A stretch of DNA of 64,000 nt from Nemertoderma westbladi (GCA_032718475.1 JAUCBJ010009135.1:62001-126000), one strand, 5' to 3'. Shown: positions 46,501 to 62,256, counted from the first letter of the stretch. Numbers and translations: made by a program. The notes: generated by a model from the sequence alone, not told the origin.

Positions 46501-49500
46501 TGTGGTGGTTGGAAGAGAGGTTCATTTATCCTGTACTACTGTATTAGCACTGTGGTGGTTGGAAGAGAGGTTCATTCATCCTGTACTACTGTATTAGCAC
46601 TGTGGTGGTTGGAAGAGAGGTTCATTTATCCTGTACTACTGTATTAGCACTGTGGTGGTTGGAAGAGAGGTTCATTTATCCTGTACTACTGTATTAGCAC
46701 TGTGGTGGTTGGAAGAGAGGTTCATTTATCCTGTACTACTGTATTAGCACTGTGGTGGTTGAAGAGAGGTTCATTTATCCTGTACTACTGTATTAGCACT
46801 GTGGTGGTTGGAAGAGAGGTTAATTTATCCTGTACTACTGTATTAGCACTGTGGTGGTTGGAAGAGAGGTTAATTTATCCTGTACTACTGTATTAGCACT
46901 GTGGTGGTTGGAAGAGAGGTTCATTTATCCTGTACTACTGTATTAACACTGTGGTGGTTGGAAGAGAGGTTCATTTATCCTGTACTACTGTATTAGCACT
47001 GTGGTGGTTGGAAGAGAGGTTCATTTATCCTGTACTACTGTATTAGCACTATGGTGGTTGGAAGAGAGGTTAATTTATCCTGTACTACTATATTAGCACT
47101 GTGGTGGTTGGAAGAGAGGTTAATTTACCCTGTACTACTGTATTAGCACTGTGGTGGTTGGAAGAGAGGTTCATTTATCCTGTACTACTGTATTAACACT
47201 GTGGTGGTTGGAAGAGAGGTTCATTTATCCTGTACTACTGTATTAGCACTGTGGTGGTTGGAAGAGAGGTTCATTTATCCTGTACTACTGTATTAGCACT
47301 GTGGTGGTTGGAAGAGAGGTTCATTTATCCTGTACTACTGTATTAGCACGGTGGTGGTTGGAAGAGAGGTTCATTTATCCTGTACTACTGTATTAGCACT
47401 GTGGTGGTTGTAAGAGAGGTTCATTCATCCTGTACTACTGTATTAGCACTGTGGTGGTTTGAAGAGAGGTTCATTTATCCTGTACTACTGTATTAGCACT
47501 GTGGTGGTTGTAAGAGAGGTTCATTTATCCTGTACTACTGTATTAGCACTGTGGTGGTTGGAAGAGAGGTTCATTTATCCTGTACTACTGTATTAGCACT
47601 GTGGTGGTTGGAAGAGAGGTTCATTTATCCTGTACTACTGTATTAGCACTGTGGTGGTTGGAAGAGAGGTTCATTTATCCTGTACTACTGTATTAGCACT
47701 GTGGTGGTTGGAAGAGAGGTTCATTTATCCTGTACTACTGTATTAACACTGTGGTCGTTGGAAGAGAGGTTCATTTATCCTGTACTGTATTAACACTGTG
47801 GTGGTTTGAAGAGAGGTTCTTTTATCCTGTACTACTGTATTAGCACTGTGGTGGTTGGAAGAGAGGTTCATTTATCCTGTACTACTGTATTAACACTGTG
47901 GTGGTTGGAAGAGAGGTTCATTTATCCTGTACTACTGTATTAGCACTGTGGTGGTTGGAAGAGAGGTTCATTTATCCCGTACTACTGTATTAGCACTGTG
48001 GTGGTTGGAAGAGAGGTTCATTCATCCTGTACTACTGTAGCACTGTGGTGGTTGGAAGAGAGGTTCATTTATCCTGTACTACTGTATTAGCACTGTGGTG
48101 GTTGGAAGAGAGGTTAATTTATCCTGTACTACTGTATTAGCACTGTGGTGGTTGGAAGAGAGGTTCATTCATCCTGTACTACTGTAGCACTGTGGTGGTT
48201 GGAAGAGAGGTTCCTTTATCCTGTACTACTGTATTAGCACTGTGGTGGTTGGAAGAGAGGTTCATTTATCCTGTACTACTGTATTAGCACTGTGGTGGTT
48301 GGAAGAGAGGTTCATTTATCCTGTACTACTGTATTAGCACTGTGGTGGTTGGAAGAGAGGTTCATTTATCCTGTACTACTGTATTAGCACTGTGGTGGTT
48401 GGAAGAGAGGTTAATTTATCCTGTACTACTGTATTAGCACTGTGGTGGTTGGAAGAGAGGTTAATTTATCCTGTACTACTGTATTAGCACTGTGGTGGTT
48501 GGAAGAGAGGTTCATTTATCCTGTACTACTGTATTAACACTGTGGTGGTTGGAAGAGAGGTTCATTTATCCTGTACTACTGTATTAGCACTGTGGTGGTT
48601 GGAAGAGAGGTTCATTTATCCTGTACTACTGTATTAGCACTATGGTGGTTGGAAGAGAGGTTAATTTATCCTGTACTACTATATTAGCACTGTGGTGGTT
48701 GGAAGAGAGGTTAATTTACCCTGTACTACTGTATTAGCACTGTGGTGGTTGGAAGAGAGGTTCATTTATCCTGTACTACTGTATTAACACTGTGGTGGTT
48801 GGAAGAGAGGTTCATTTATCCTGTACTACTGTATTAGCACTGTGGTGGTTGGAAGAGAGGTTCATTTATCCTGTACTACTGTATTAGCACTGTGGTGGTT
48901 GGAAGAGAGGTTCATTTATCCTGTACTACTGTATTAGCACGGTGGTGGTTGGAAGAGAGGTTCATTTATCCTGTACTACTGTATTAGCACTGTGGTGGTT
49001 GTAAGAGAGGTTCATTCATCCTGTACTACTGTATTAGCACTGTGGTGGTTTGAAGAGAGGTTCATTTATCCTGTACTACTGTATTAGCACTGTGGTGGTT
49101 GTAAGAGAGGTTCATTTATCCTGTACTACTGTATTAGCACTGTGGTGGTTGGAAGAGAGGTTCATTTATCCTGTACTACTGTATTAGCACTGTGGTGGTT
49201 GGAAGAGAGGTTCATTTATCCTGTACTACTGTATTAGCACTGTGGTGGTTGGAAGAGAGGTTCATTTATCCTGTACTACTGTATTAGCACTGTGGTGGTT
49301 GGAAGAGAGGTTCATTTATCCTGTACTACTGTATTAACACTGTGGTCGTTGGAAGAGAGGTTCATTTATCCTGTACTGTATTAACACTGTGGTGGTTTGA
49401 AGAGAGGTTCTTTTATCCTGTACTACTGTATTAGCACTGTGGTGGTTGGAAGAGAGGTTCATTTATCCTGTACTACTGTATTAACACTGTGGTGGTTGGA

Positions 49501-52500
49501 AGAGAGGTTCATTTATCCTGTACTACTGTATTAGCACTGTGGTGGTTGGAAGAGAGGTTCATTTATCCCGTACTACTGTATTAGCACTGTGGTGGTTGGA
49601 AGAGAGGTTCATTCATCCTGTACTACTGTAGCACTGTGGTGGTTGGAAGAGAGGTTCATTTATCCTGTACTACTGTATTAGCACTGTGGTGGTTGGAAGA
49701 GAGGTTAATTTATCCTGTACTACTGTATTAGCACTGTGGTGGTTGGAAGAGAGGTTCATTCATCCTGTACAACTGTATTAGCACTGTGGTGGTTGGAAGA
49801 GAGGTTCATTTATCCCGTACTACTGTATTAGCACTGTGGTGGTTGGAAGAGAGGTTCATTCATCCTGTACTACTGTAAGCACTGTGGTGGTTGGAAGAGA
49901 GGTTCCTTTATCCTGTACTACTGTATTAGCACTGTGGTGGTTGGAAGAGAGGTTCATTTATCCTGTACTACTGTATTAGCACTGTGGTGGTTGGAAGAGA
50001 GGTTCATTTATCCTGTACTACTGTATTAGCACTGTGGTGGTTGGAAGAGAGGTTCATTTATCCTGTACTACTGTATTAGCACTGTGGTGGTTGGAAGAGA
50101 GGTTCATTTATCCTGTACTACTGTATTAGCACTGTGGTGGTTGGAAGAGAGGTTCATTTATCCTGTACTACTGTATTAGCACTGTGGTGGTTGGAAGAGA
50201 GGTTCATTTATCCTGTACTACTGTATTAGCACTGTGGTGGTTGGAAGAGAGGTTCATTTATCCTGTACTACTGTATTAGCACTGTGGTGGTTGGAAGAGA
50301 GGTTCATTTATCCTGTACTACTGTATTAGCACTGTGGTGGTTGGAAGAGAGGTTCATTTATCCCGTACTACTGTATTAGCACTGTGGTGGTTGGAAGAGA
50401 GGTTAATTTATCCGCTGTACTACTGTATTAGCACTGTGGTGGTTGGAAGAGAGGTTCATTTATCCTGTACTACTGTATTATCACTGTGGTGGTTGGAAGA
50501 GAGGTTCATTTATCCTGTACTACTACTGTATTAGCACTGTGGTGGTTGGAAGAGAGGTTTATTTATCCGCTGTACTACTGTATTAGCACTGTGGTGGTTG
50601 GAAGAGAGGTTCATTTATCCTGTACTACTGTATTAGCACTGTGGTGGTTGGAAGAGAGGTTCATTTATCCTGTACTACTGTATTAGCACTGTGGTGGTTG
50701 GAAGAGAGGTTCATTTATCCTGTACTACTGTATTAGCACTGTGGTGGTTGGAAGAGAGGTTCATTTATCCTGTACTACTGTATTAGCACTGTGGTGGTTG
50801 GAAGAGAGGTTCATTCATCCTGTACTACTGTATTAGCACTGTGGTGGTTGGAAGAGAGGTTCATTTATCCTGTACTACTGTATTAGCACTGTGGTGGTTG
50901 GAAGAGAGGTTCATTTATCCTGTACTACTGTATTAGCACGGTGGTGGTTGGAAGAGAGGTTCATTTATCCTGTACTACTGTATTAGCACTGTGGTGGTTG
51001 GAAGAGAGGTTCATTCATCCTGTACTACTGTACTGTATTAGCACTGTGGTGGTTGGAAGAGAGGTTCATTTATCCTGTACTACTGTATTAGCACGGTGGT
51101 GGTTGGAAGAGAGGTTCATTTATCCTGTACTACTGTATTAGCACTGTGGTGGTTGGAAGAGAGGTTCATTCATCCTGTACTACTGTATTAGCACTGTGGT
51201 GGTTGGAAGAGAGGTTCATTTATCCTGTACTACTGTATTAGCACTGTGGTGGTTGGAAGAGAGGTTCATTTATCCTGTACTACTGTATTAGCACTGTGGT
51301 GGTTGGAAGAGAGGTTCATTCATCCTGTACTACTGTATTAGCACTGTGGTGGTTGGAAGAGAGGTTCATTTATCCTGTACTACTGTATTAGCACTGTGGT
51401 GGTTGGAAGAGAGGTTCATTTATCCTGTACTACTGTATTAGCACTGTGGTGGTTGGAAGAGAGGTTCATTCATCCTGTACTACTGTATTAGCACTGTGGT
51501 GGTTGGAAGAGAGGTTCATTTATCCTGTACTACTGTATTAGCACTGTGGTGGTTGGAAGAGAGGTTAATTTATCCTGTACTACTGTATTAGCACTGTGGT
51601 GGTTGGAAGAGAGGTTAATTTATCCTGTACTACTGTATTAGCACTGTGGTGGTTGGAAGAGAGGTTCATTTATCCTGTACTACTGTATTAGCACTGTGGT
51701 GGTTGGAAGAGAGGTTCATTTATCCTGTACTACTGTATTAGCACTGTGGTGGTTGGAAGAGAGGTTAATTTATCCTGTACTACTGTATTAGCACTGTGGT
51801 GGTTGGAAGAGAGGTTCATTTATCCTGTACTACTGTATTAGCACTGTGGTGGTTGGAAGAGAGGTTCATTTATCCTGTACTACTGTATTAGCACTGTGGT
51901 GGTTGGAAGAGAGGTTCATTATCCTGTACTACTGTATTAGCACTGTGGTGGTTGGAAGAGAGGTTCATTTATCCTGTACTACTGTATTAGCACTGTGGTG
52001 GTTGGAAGAGAGGTTCATTTATCCTGTACTACTGTATTAGCACTGTGGTGGTTGGAAGAGAGGTTAATTTATCCTGTACTACTGTATTAGCACTGTGGTG
52101 GTTGGAAGAGAGGTTCATTTATCCTGTACTACTGTATTAGCACTGTGGTGGTTGGAAGAGAGGTTCATTTATCCTGTACTACTGTATTAGCACTGTGGTG
52201 GTTGGAAGAGAGGTTCATTTATCCTGTACTACTGTATTAGCACTGTGGTGGTTGGAAGAGAGGTTCATTTATCCTGTACTACTGTATTAGCACTGTGGTG
52301 GTTGGAAGAGAGGTTCATTTATCCTGTACTACTGTATTAGCACTGTGGTGGTTGGAAGAGAGGTTCATTTATCCTGTACTACTGTATTAGCACTGTGGTG
52401 GTTGGAAGAGAGGTTCATTTATCCTGTACTACTGTATTAGCACTGTGGTGGTTGGAAGAGAGGTTCATTTATCCTGTACTACTGTATTAGCACTGTGGTG

Positions 52501-55500
52501 GTTGGAAGAGAGGTTCATTTATCCTGTACTACTGTATTAGCACTGTGGTGGTTGGAAGAGAGGTTCATTTATCCTGTACTACTGTATTAGCACTGTGGTG
52601 GTTGGAAGAGAGGTTCATTCATCCTGTACTACTGTATTAGCACTGTGGTGGTTGGAAGAGAGGTTCATTTATCCTGTACTACTGTATTAGCACTGTGGTG
52701 GTTGGAAGAGAGGTTCATTTATCCTGTACTACTGTATTAGCACGGTGGTGGTTGGAAGAGAGGTTCATTTATCCTGTACTACTGTATTAGCACTGTGGTG
52801 GTTGGAAGAGAGGTTCATTCATCCTGTACTACTGTATTAGCACTGTGGTGGTTGGAAGAGAGGTTCATTTATCCTGTACTACTGTATTAGCACTGTGGTG
52901 GTTGGAAGAGAGGTTCATTTATCCTGTACTACTGTATTAGCACGGTGGTGGTTGGAAGAGAGGTTCATTTATCCTGTACTACTGTATTAGCACTGTGGTG
53001 GTTGGAAGAGAGGTTCATTCATCCTGTACTACTGTACTGTATTAGCACTGTGGTGGTTGGAAGAGAGGTTCATTTATCCTGTACTACTGTATTAGCACGG
53101 TGGTGGTTGGAAGAGAGGTTCATTTATCCTGTACTACTGTATTAGCACTGTGGTGGTTGGAAGAGAGGTTCATTCATCCTGTACTACTGTATTAGCACTG
53201 TGGTGGTTGGAAGAGAGGTTCATTTATCCTGTACTACTGTATTAGCACTGTGGTGGTTGGAAGAGAGGTTCATTTATCCTGTACTACTGTATTAGCACTG
53301 TGGTGGTTGGAAGAGAGGTTCATTCATCCTGTACTACTGTATTAGCACTGTGGTGGTTGGAAGAGAGGTTCATTTATCCTGTACTACTGTATTAGCACTG
53401 TGGTGGTTGGAAGAGAGGTTCATTTATCCTGTACTACTGTATTAGCACTGTGGTGGTTGGAAGAGAGGTTCATTCATCCTGTACTACTGTATTAGCACTG
53501 TGGTGGTTGGAAGAGAGGTTCATTTATCCTGTACTACTGTATTAGCACTGTGGTGGTTGGAAGAGAGGTTCATTTATCCTGTACTACTGTATTAGCACTG
53601 TGGTGGTTGGAAGAGAGGTTCATTTATCCTGTACTACTGTATTAGCACTGTGGTGGTTGGAAGAGAGGTTCATTCATCCTGTACTACTGTATTAGCACTG
53701 TGGTGGTTGGAAGAGAGGTTCATTTATCCTGTACTACTGTATTAGCACTGTGGTGGTTGGAAGAGAGGTTCATTTATCCTGTACTACTGTATTAGCACTG
53801 TGGTGGTTGGAAGAGAGGTTCATTTATCCTGTACTACTGTATTAGCACTGTGGTGGTTGGAAGAGAGGTTCATTTATCCTGTACTACTGTATTAGCACTG
53901 TGGTGGTTGGAAGAGAGGTTCATTTATCCTGTACTACTGTATTAGCACTGTGGTGGTTGGAAGAGAGGTTCATTTATCCTGTACTACTGTATTAGCACTG
54001 TGGTGGTTGGAAGAGAGGTTCATTTATCCTGTACTACTGTATTAGCACTGTGGTGGTTGGAAGAGAGGTTAATTTATCCTGTACTACTGTATTAGCACTG
54101 TGGTGGTTGGAAGAGAGGTTCATTTATCCTGTACTACTGTATTAGCACTGTGGTGGTTGGAAGAGAGGTTCATTTATCCTGTACTACTGTATTAGCACTG
54201 TGGTGGTTGGAAGAGAGGTTAATTTATCCTGTACTACTGTATTAGCACTGTGGTGGTTGGAAGAGAGGTTAATTTATCCTGTACTACTGTATTAGCACTG
54301 TGGTGGTTGGAAGAGAGGTTCATTTATCCTGTACTACTGTATTAGCACTGTGGTGGTTGGAAGAGAGGTTCATTTATCCTGTACTACTGTATTAGCACTG
54401 TGGTGGTTGGAAGAGAGGTTAATTTATCCTGTACTACTGTATTAGCACTGTGGTGGTTGGAAGAGAGGTTCATTTATCCTGTACTACTGTATTAGCACTG
54501 TGGTGGTTGGAAGAGAGGTTCATTTATCCGCTGTACTACTGTATTAGCACTGTGATGGTTGGAAGAGAGGTTCATTTATCCTGTACTACTGTATTAGCAC
54601 TGTGGTGGTTGGAAGAGAGGTTCATTTATCCTGTACTACTGTATTAGCACTGTGGTGGTTGGAAGAGAGGTTCATTTATCCTGTACTACTGTATTAACAC
54701 TGTGGTGGTTGGAAGAGAGGTTCATTTATCCTGTACTACTGTATTAACACTGTGGTGGTTGGAAGAGAGGTTCATTTATCCTGTACTTACTGTATTAGCA
54801 CTGTGGTGGTTGGAAGAGAGGTTCATTTATCCTGTACTACTGTATTAGCACTGTGGTGGTTGGAAGAGAGGTTCATTTATCCTGTACTACTGTATTAACA
54901 CTGTGGTGGTTGGAAGAGAGGTGCATTTATCCTGTACTACTGTATTAGCACGGTGGTGGTTGGAAGAGAGGTTCATTTATCCTGTACTACTGTATTAGCA
55001 CTGTGGTGGTTGGAAGAGAGGTTCATTCATCCTGTACTACTGTATTAGCACTGTGGTGGTTGGAAGAGAGGTTCATTTATCCTGTACTACTGTATTAGCA
55101 CTGTGGTGGTTGGAAGAGAGGTTCATTTATCCTGTACTACTGTATTAGCACTGTGGTGGTTTGAAGAGAGGTTCATTCATCCTGTACTACTGTATTAGCA
55201 CTGTGGTGGTTGGAAGAGAGGTTCATTTATCCTGTACTACTGTATTAGCACTGTGGTGGTTGGAAGAGAGGTTCATTTATCCTGTACTACTGTATTAGCA
55301 CTGTGGTGGTTGGAAGAGAGGTTCATTCATCCTGTACTACTGTATTAGCACTGTGGTGGTTGGAAGAGAGGTTCATTTATCCTGTACTACTGTATTAGCA
55401 CTGTGGTGGTTGGAAGAGAGGTTCATTTATCCTGTACTACTGTATTAGCACTGTGGTGGTTGGAAGAGAGGTTCATTTATCCTGTACTACTGTATTAGCA

Positions 55501-58500
55501 CTGTGGTGGTTGGAAGAGAGGTTCATTCATCCTGTACTACTGCATTAGCACTGTGGTGGTTGGAAGAGAGGTTCATTTATCCTGTACTACTGTATTAGCA
55601 CTGTGGTGGTTGGAAAAGAGGTTCATTTATCCTGTACTACTGTATTAGCACTGTGGTGGTTGGAAGAGAGGTTCATTTATCCTGTACTACTGTATTAGCA
55701 CTGTGGTGGTTGGAAGAGAGGTTCATTTATCCTGTACTACTGTATTAGCACTGTGGTGGTTGGAAGAGAGGTTAATTTATCCTGTACTACTGTATTAGCA
55801 CTGTGGTGGTTGGAAGAGAGGTTCATTTATCCTGTACTACTGTATTAGCACTGTGGTGGTTGGAAGAGAGGTTAATTTATCCTGTACTACTGTATTAGCA
55901 CTGTGGTGGTTGGAAGAGAGGTTAATTTATCCTGTACTACTGTATTAGCACTGTGGTGGTTGGAAGAGAGGTTCATTTATCCTGTACTACTGTATTAGCA
56001 CTGTGGTGGTTGGAAGAGAGGTTCATTTATCCTGTACTACTGTATTAGCACTGTGGTGGTTGGAAGAGAGGTTAATTTATCCTGTACTACTGTATTAGCA
56101 CTGTGGTGGTTGGAAGAGAGGTTCATTTATCCTGTACTACTGTATTAGCACTGTGGTGGTTGGAAGAGAGGTTCATTTATCCGCTGTACTACTGTATTAG
56201 CACTGTGATGGTTGGAAGAGAGGTTCATTTATCCTGTACTACTGTATTAGCACTGTGGTGGTTGGAAGAGAGGTTCATTTATCCTGTACTACTGTATTAG
56301 CACTGTGGTGGTTGGAAGAGAGGTTCATTTATCCTGTACTACTGTATTAACACTGTGGTGGTTGGAAGAGAGGTTCATTTATCCTGTACTACTGTATTAA
56401 CACTGTGGTGGTTGGAAGAGAGGTTCATTTATCCTGTACTTACTGTATTAGCACTGTGGTGGTTGGAAGAGAGGTTCATTTATCCTGTACTACTGTATTA
56501 GCACTGTGGTGGTTGGAAGAGAGGTTCATTTATCCTGTACTACTGTATTAACACTGTGGTGGTTGGAAGAGAGGTGCATTTATCCTGTACTACTGTATTA
56601 GCACTGTGGTGGTTGGAAGAGAGGTTCATTTATCCTGTACTACTGTATTAGCACTGTGGTGGTTGGAAGAGAGGTTCATTTATCCTGTACTACTGTATTA
56701 GCACTGTGGTGGTTGGAAGAGAGGTTCATTTATCCTGTGCTACTGTATTAGCACTTTGGTGGTTGGAAGAGAGGTTCATTTATCCTGTACTACTGTATTA
56801 GCACTGTGGTGGTTGGAAGAGAGGTTCATTTATCCTGTACTACTGTATTAGCACTGTGGTGGTTGGAAGAGAGGTTCATTCATCCTGTACAACTGTATTA
56901 GCACTGTGGTGGTTGGAAGAGAGGTTCATTTATCCTGTGCTACTGTATTAGCACTGTGGTGGTTGGAAGAGAGGTTCATTTATCCTGTACTACTGTATTA
57001 GCACTGTGGTGGTTGGAAGAGAGGTTCATTTATCCTGTACTACGTATTAACACTGTGGTGGTTGGAAGAGAGGTTCATTTATCCTGTAGTACTGTATTAG
57101 CACTGTGGTGGTTGGAAGAGAGGTTCATTTATCCTGTACTACTGTATTAGCACTGTGGTGGTTGGAAGAGAGGTTCATTTATCCTGTACTACTGTATTAG
57201 CACTGTGGTGGTTGGAAGAGAGGTTCATTTATCCTGTACTACAGTACGTATTAGCACTGTGGTGGTTGGAAGAGAGGTTCATTTATCCTGTACTACTGTA
57301 TTAGCACTGTGGTGGTTGGAAGAGAGGTTCATTTATCCTGTACTACTGTATTAGCACTGTGGTGGTTGGAAGAGAGGTTCATTTATCCTGTACTACTGTA
57401 TTAGCACTGTGGTGGTTGGAAGAGAGGTTAATTTATCCTGTACTACTGTATTAGCACTGTGGTGGTTGGAAGAGAGGTTAATTTATCCTGTACTACTGTA
57501 TTAGCACTGTGGTGGTTGGAAGAGAGGTTCATTTATCCTGTACTACTGTATTAGCACTGTGGTGGTTGGAAGAGAGGTTCATTTATCCTGTACTACTGTA
57601 TTAGCACTGTGGTGGTTGGAAGAGAGGTTAATTTATCCTGTACTACTGTATTAGCACTGTGGTGGTTGGAAGAGAGGTTCATTTATCCTGTACTACTGTA
57701 TTAGCACTGTGGTGGTTGGAAGAGAGGTTCATTTATCCGCTGTACTACTGTATTAGCACTGTGATGGTTGGAAGAGAGGTTCATTTATCCTGTACTACTG
57801 TATTAGCACTGTGGTGGTTGGAAGAGAGGTTCATTTATCCTGTACTACTGTATTAGCACTGTGGTGGTTGGAAGAGAGGTTCATTTATCCTGTACTACTG
57901 TATTAACACTGTGGTGGTTGGAAGAGAGGTTCATTTATCCTGTACTACTGTATTAACACTGTGGTGGTTGGAAGAGAGGTTCATTTATCCTGTACTACTG
58001 TATTAGCACTGTGGTGGTTGGAAGAGAGGTTCATTTATCCTGTACTACTGTATTAGCACTGTGGTGGTTGGAAGAGAGGTTCATTTATCCTGTACTACTG
58101 TATTAACACTGTGGTGGTTGGAAGAGAGGTGCATTTATCCTGTACTACTGTATTAGCAATGTGGTGGTTGGAAGAGAGGTTCATTTATCCTGTACTACTG
58201 TATTAGCACTGTGGTGGTTGGAAGAGAGGTTCATTTATCCTGTACTACTGTATTAGCACTGTGGTGGTTGGAAGAGAGGTTCATTTATCCTGTGCTACTG
58301 TATTAGCACTTTGGTGGTTGGAAGAGAGGTTCATTTATCCTGTACTACTGTATTAGCACTGTGGTGGTTGGAAGAGAGGTTCATTTATCCTGTACTACTG
58401 TATTAGCACTGTGGTGGTTGGAAGAGAGGTTCATTCATCCTGTACAACTGTATTAGCACTGTGGTGGTTGGAAGAGAGGTTCATTTATCCTGTGCTACTG

Positions 58501-61393
58501 TATTAGCACTGTGGTGGTTGGAAGAGAGGTTCATTTATCCGCTGTACTGCTGTATTAGCACTGTGGTGGTTGGAAGAGAGGTTCATTTATCCTGTACTAC
58601 TGTATTAGCACGGTGGTGGTTGGAAGAGAGGTTCATTTATCCTGTAGTACTGTATTAGCACTGTGGTGGTTGGAAGAGAGGTTCATTTATCCTGTACTAC
58701 TGTATTAGCACTGTGGTGGTTGGAAGAGAGGTTCATTTATCCTGTACTACTGTATTAGCACTGTGGTGGTTGGAAGAGAGGTTCATTTATCCTGTACTAC
58801 TGTATTAACACTGTGGTGGTTGGAAGAGAGGTTCATTTATCCTGTACTACTGTATTAGCACTGTGGTGGTTGGAAGAGAGGTTCATTTATCCTGTACTAC
58901 TGTATTAGCACTGTGGTGGTTGGAAGAGAGGTTCATTTATCCTGTACTACTGTATTAGCACTGTGGTGGTTGGAAGAGAGGTTCATTTATCCTGTACTAC
59001 TGTATTAGCACTGTGGTGGTTGGAAGAGAGGTTCATTTATCCTGTACTACTGTATTAGCACTGTGGTGGTTGGAAGAGAGGTTCATTTATCCTGTACTAC
59101 TGTATTAGCACTGTGGTGGTTGGAAGAGAGGTTCATTTATCCTGTACTACTGTATTAGCACTGTGGTGGTTGGAAGAGAGGTTCATTTATCCTGTACTAC
59201 TGTATTAGCACTGTGGTGGTTGGAAGAGAGGTTCATTTATCCTGTACTACTGTATTAGCACTGTGGTGGTTGGAAGAGAGGTTCATTTATCCTGTACTAC
59301 TGTATTAGCACTGTGGTGGTTGGAAGAGAGGTTCATTTATCCTGTACTACTGTATTAGCACTGTGGTGGTTGGAAGAGAGGTTCATTTATCCTGTACTAC
59401 TGTATTAGCACTGTGGTGGTTGGAAGAGAGGTTCATTTATCCTGTACTACTGTATTAGCACTGTGGTGGTTGGAAGAGAGGTTCATTTATCCTGTACTAC
59501 TGTATTAGCACTGTGGTGGTTGGAAGAGAGGTTCATTTATCCTGTACTACTGTATTAGCACTGTGGTGGTTGGAAGAGAGGTTCATTTATCCTGTACTAC
59601 TGTATTAGCACTGTGGTGGTTGGAAGAGAGGTTCATTTATCCTGTACTACTGTATTAGCACTGTGGTGGTTGGAAGAGAGGTTCATTTATCCTGTACTAC
59701 TGTATTAGCACTGTGGTGGTTGGAAGAGAGGTTCATTTATCCTGTACTACTGTATTAGCACTGTGGTGGTTGGAAGAGAGGTTCATTTATCCTGTACTAC
59801 TGTATTAGCACTGTGGTGGTTGGAAGAGAGGTTCATTTATCCTGTACTACTGTATTAGCACTGTGGTGGTTGGAAGAGAGGTTCATTTATCCTGTACTAC
59901 TGTATTAGCACTGTGGTGGTTGGAAGAGAGGTTCATTTATCCTGTACTACTGTATTAGCACTGTGGTGGTTGGAAGAGAGGTTCATTCATCCTGTACTAC
60001 TGTATTAGCACTGTGGTGGTTGGAAGAGAGGTTCATTTATCCTGTACTACTGTATTAGCACTGTGGTGGTTGGAAGAGAGGTTCATTTATCCTGTACTAC
60101 TGTATTAGCACTGTGGTGGTTGGAAGAGAGGTTCATTTATCCTGTACTACTGTATTAGCACTGTGGTGGTTGGAAGAGAGGTTCATTTATCCTGTACTAC
60201 TGTATTAGCACTGTGGTGGTTGGAAGAGAGGTTCATTTATCCTGTACTACTGTATTAGCACTGTGGTGGTTGGAAGAGAGGTTCATTTATCCTGTACTAC
60301 TGTATTAGCACTGTGGTGGTTGGAAGAGAGGTTCATTTATCCTGTACTACTGTATTAGCACTGTGGTGGTTGGAAGAGAGGTTCATTTATCCTGTACTAC
60401 TGTATTAGCACTGTGGTGGTTGGAAGAGAGGTTCATTTATCCTGTACTACTGTATTAGCACTGTGGTGGTTGGAAGAGAGGTTCATTTATCCTGTACTAC
60501 TGTATTAGCACTGTGGTGGTTGGAAGAGAGGTTCATTTATCCTGTACTACTGTATTAGCACTGTGGTGGTTGGAAGAGAGGTTCATTTATCCTGTACTAC
60601 TGTATTAGCACTGTGGTGGTTGGAAGAGAGGTTCATTTATCCTGTACTACTGTATTAGCACTGTGGTGGTTGGAAGAGAGGTTCATTTATCCTGTACTAC
60701 TGTATTAGCACTGTGGTGGTTGGAAGAGAGGTTCATTTATCCTGTACTACTGTATTAGCACTGTGGTGGTTGGAAGAGAGGTTAATTTATCCTGTACTAC
60801 TGTATTAGCACTGTGGTGGTTGGAAGAGAGGTTCATTTATCCTGTACTACTGTATTAGCACTGTGGTGGTTGGAAGAGAGGTTAATTTATCCTGTACTAC
60901 TGTATTAGCACTGTGGTGGTTGGAAGAGAGGTTCATTTATCCTGTACTACTGTATTAGCACTGTGGTGGTTGGAAGAGAGGTTCATTTATCCTGTACTAC
61001 TGTATTAGCACTGTGGTGGTTGGAAGAGAGGTTCATTTATCCTGTACTACTGTATTAGCACTGTGGTGGTTGGAAGAGAGGTTCATTTATCCTGTACTAC
61101 TGTATTAGCACTGTGGTGGTTGGAAGAGAGGTTCATTTATCCTGTACTACTGTATTAGCACTGTGGTGGTTGGAAGAGAGGTTCATTTATCCTGTACTAC
61201 TGTATTAGCACTGTGGTGGTTGGAAGAGAGGTTCATTTATCCTGTACTACTGTATTAGCACTGTGGTGGTTGGAAGAGAGGTTCATTTATCCTGTACTAC
61301 TGTATTAGCACTGTGGTGGTTGGAAGAGAGGTTCATTTATCCTGTACTACTGTATTAGCACTGTGGTGGTTGGAAGAGAGGTTCATTTATCCT

Positions 61394-61493
61394 NNNNNNN
61401 NNNNNNNNNNNNNNNNNNNNNNNNNNNNNNNNNNNNNNNNNNNNNNNNNNNNNNNNNNNNNNNNNNNNNNNNNNNNNNNNNNNNNNNNNNNNN
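61394..61493. other. Assembly gap (100 N)
   Basis: Run of N inside the satellite; true array length is unknown. Confidence 0.99.
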
Positions 61494-62256
61494 TACTGTA
61501 TTAGCACTGTGGTGGTTGGAAGAGAGGTTCATTTATCCTGTACTACTGTATTAGCACTGTGATAGTTGGAAGAGAGGTTCATTTATCCTGTACTACTGTA
61601 TTAGCACTGTGGTGGTTGGAAGAAAGGTTCATTTATACTGTACTACTGTATTAACACTGGTGGTTGGAAGAGAGGTTCATTTATCCTGTACTACTGTATT
61701 AACACTGTGGTGGTTGGAAGAGAGGTTCATTTATCCTGTACTACTGTATTAGCACTGTGGTGGTTGGAAGAGAGGTTCATTTATCCCGTACTACTGTATT
61801 AGCACTGTGGTGGTTGGAAGAGAGGTTCATTTATCCTGTACTACTGTATTAGCACTGTGATAGTTGGAAGAGAGGTTCATTTATCCTGTACTACTGTATT
61901 AGCACTGTGATAGTTGGAAGAGAGGTTCATTTATCCTGTACTACTGTATTAGCACTGTGGTGGTTGGAAGAGAGGTTCATTTATCCTGTACTACTGTATT
62001 AGCACTGTGGTGCTTGGAAGAGAGGTTAATTTATCCTGTACTACTGTATTAGCACTGTGGTGGTTGGAAGAGAGGTTCATTTATCCTGTACTACTGTATT
62101 AGCACTGTGGTGGTTGGAAGAGAGGTTCATTTATCCTGTACTACTGTATTAGCACTGTGGTGCTTGGAAGAGAGGTTAATTTATCCTGTACTACTGTATT
62201 AGCACTGTGGTTGTTGGAAGAGAGGTTCATTTATCCTATACTACTGTATTAGCACT

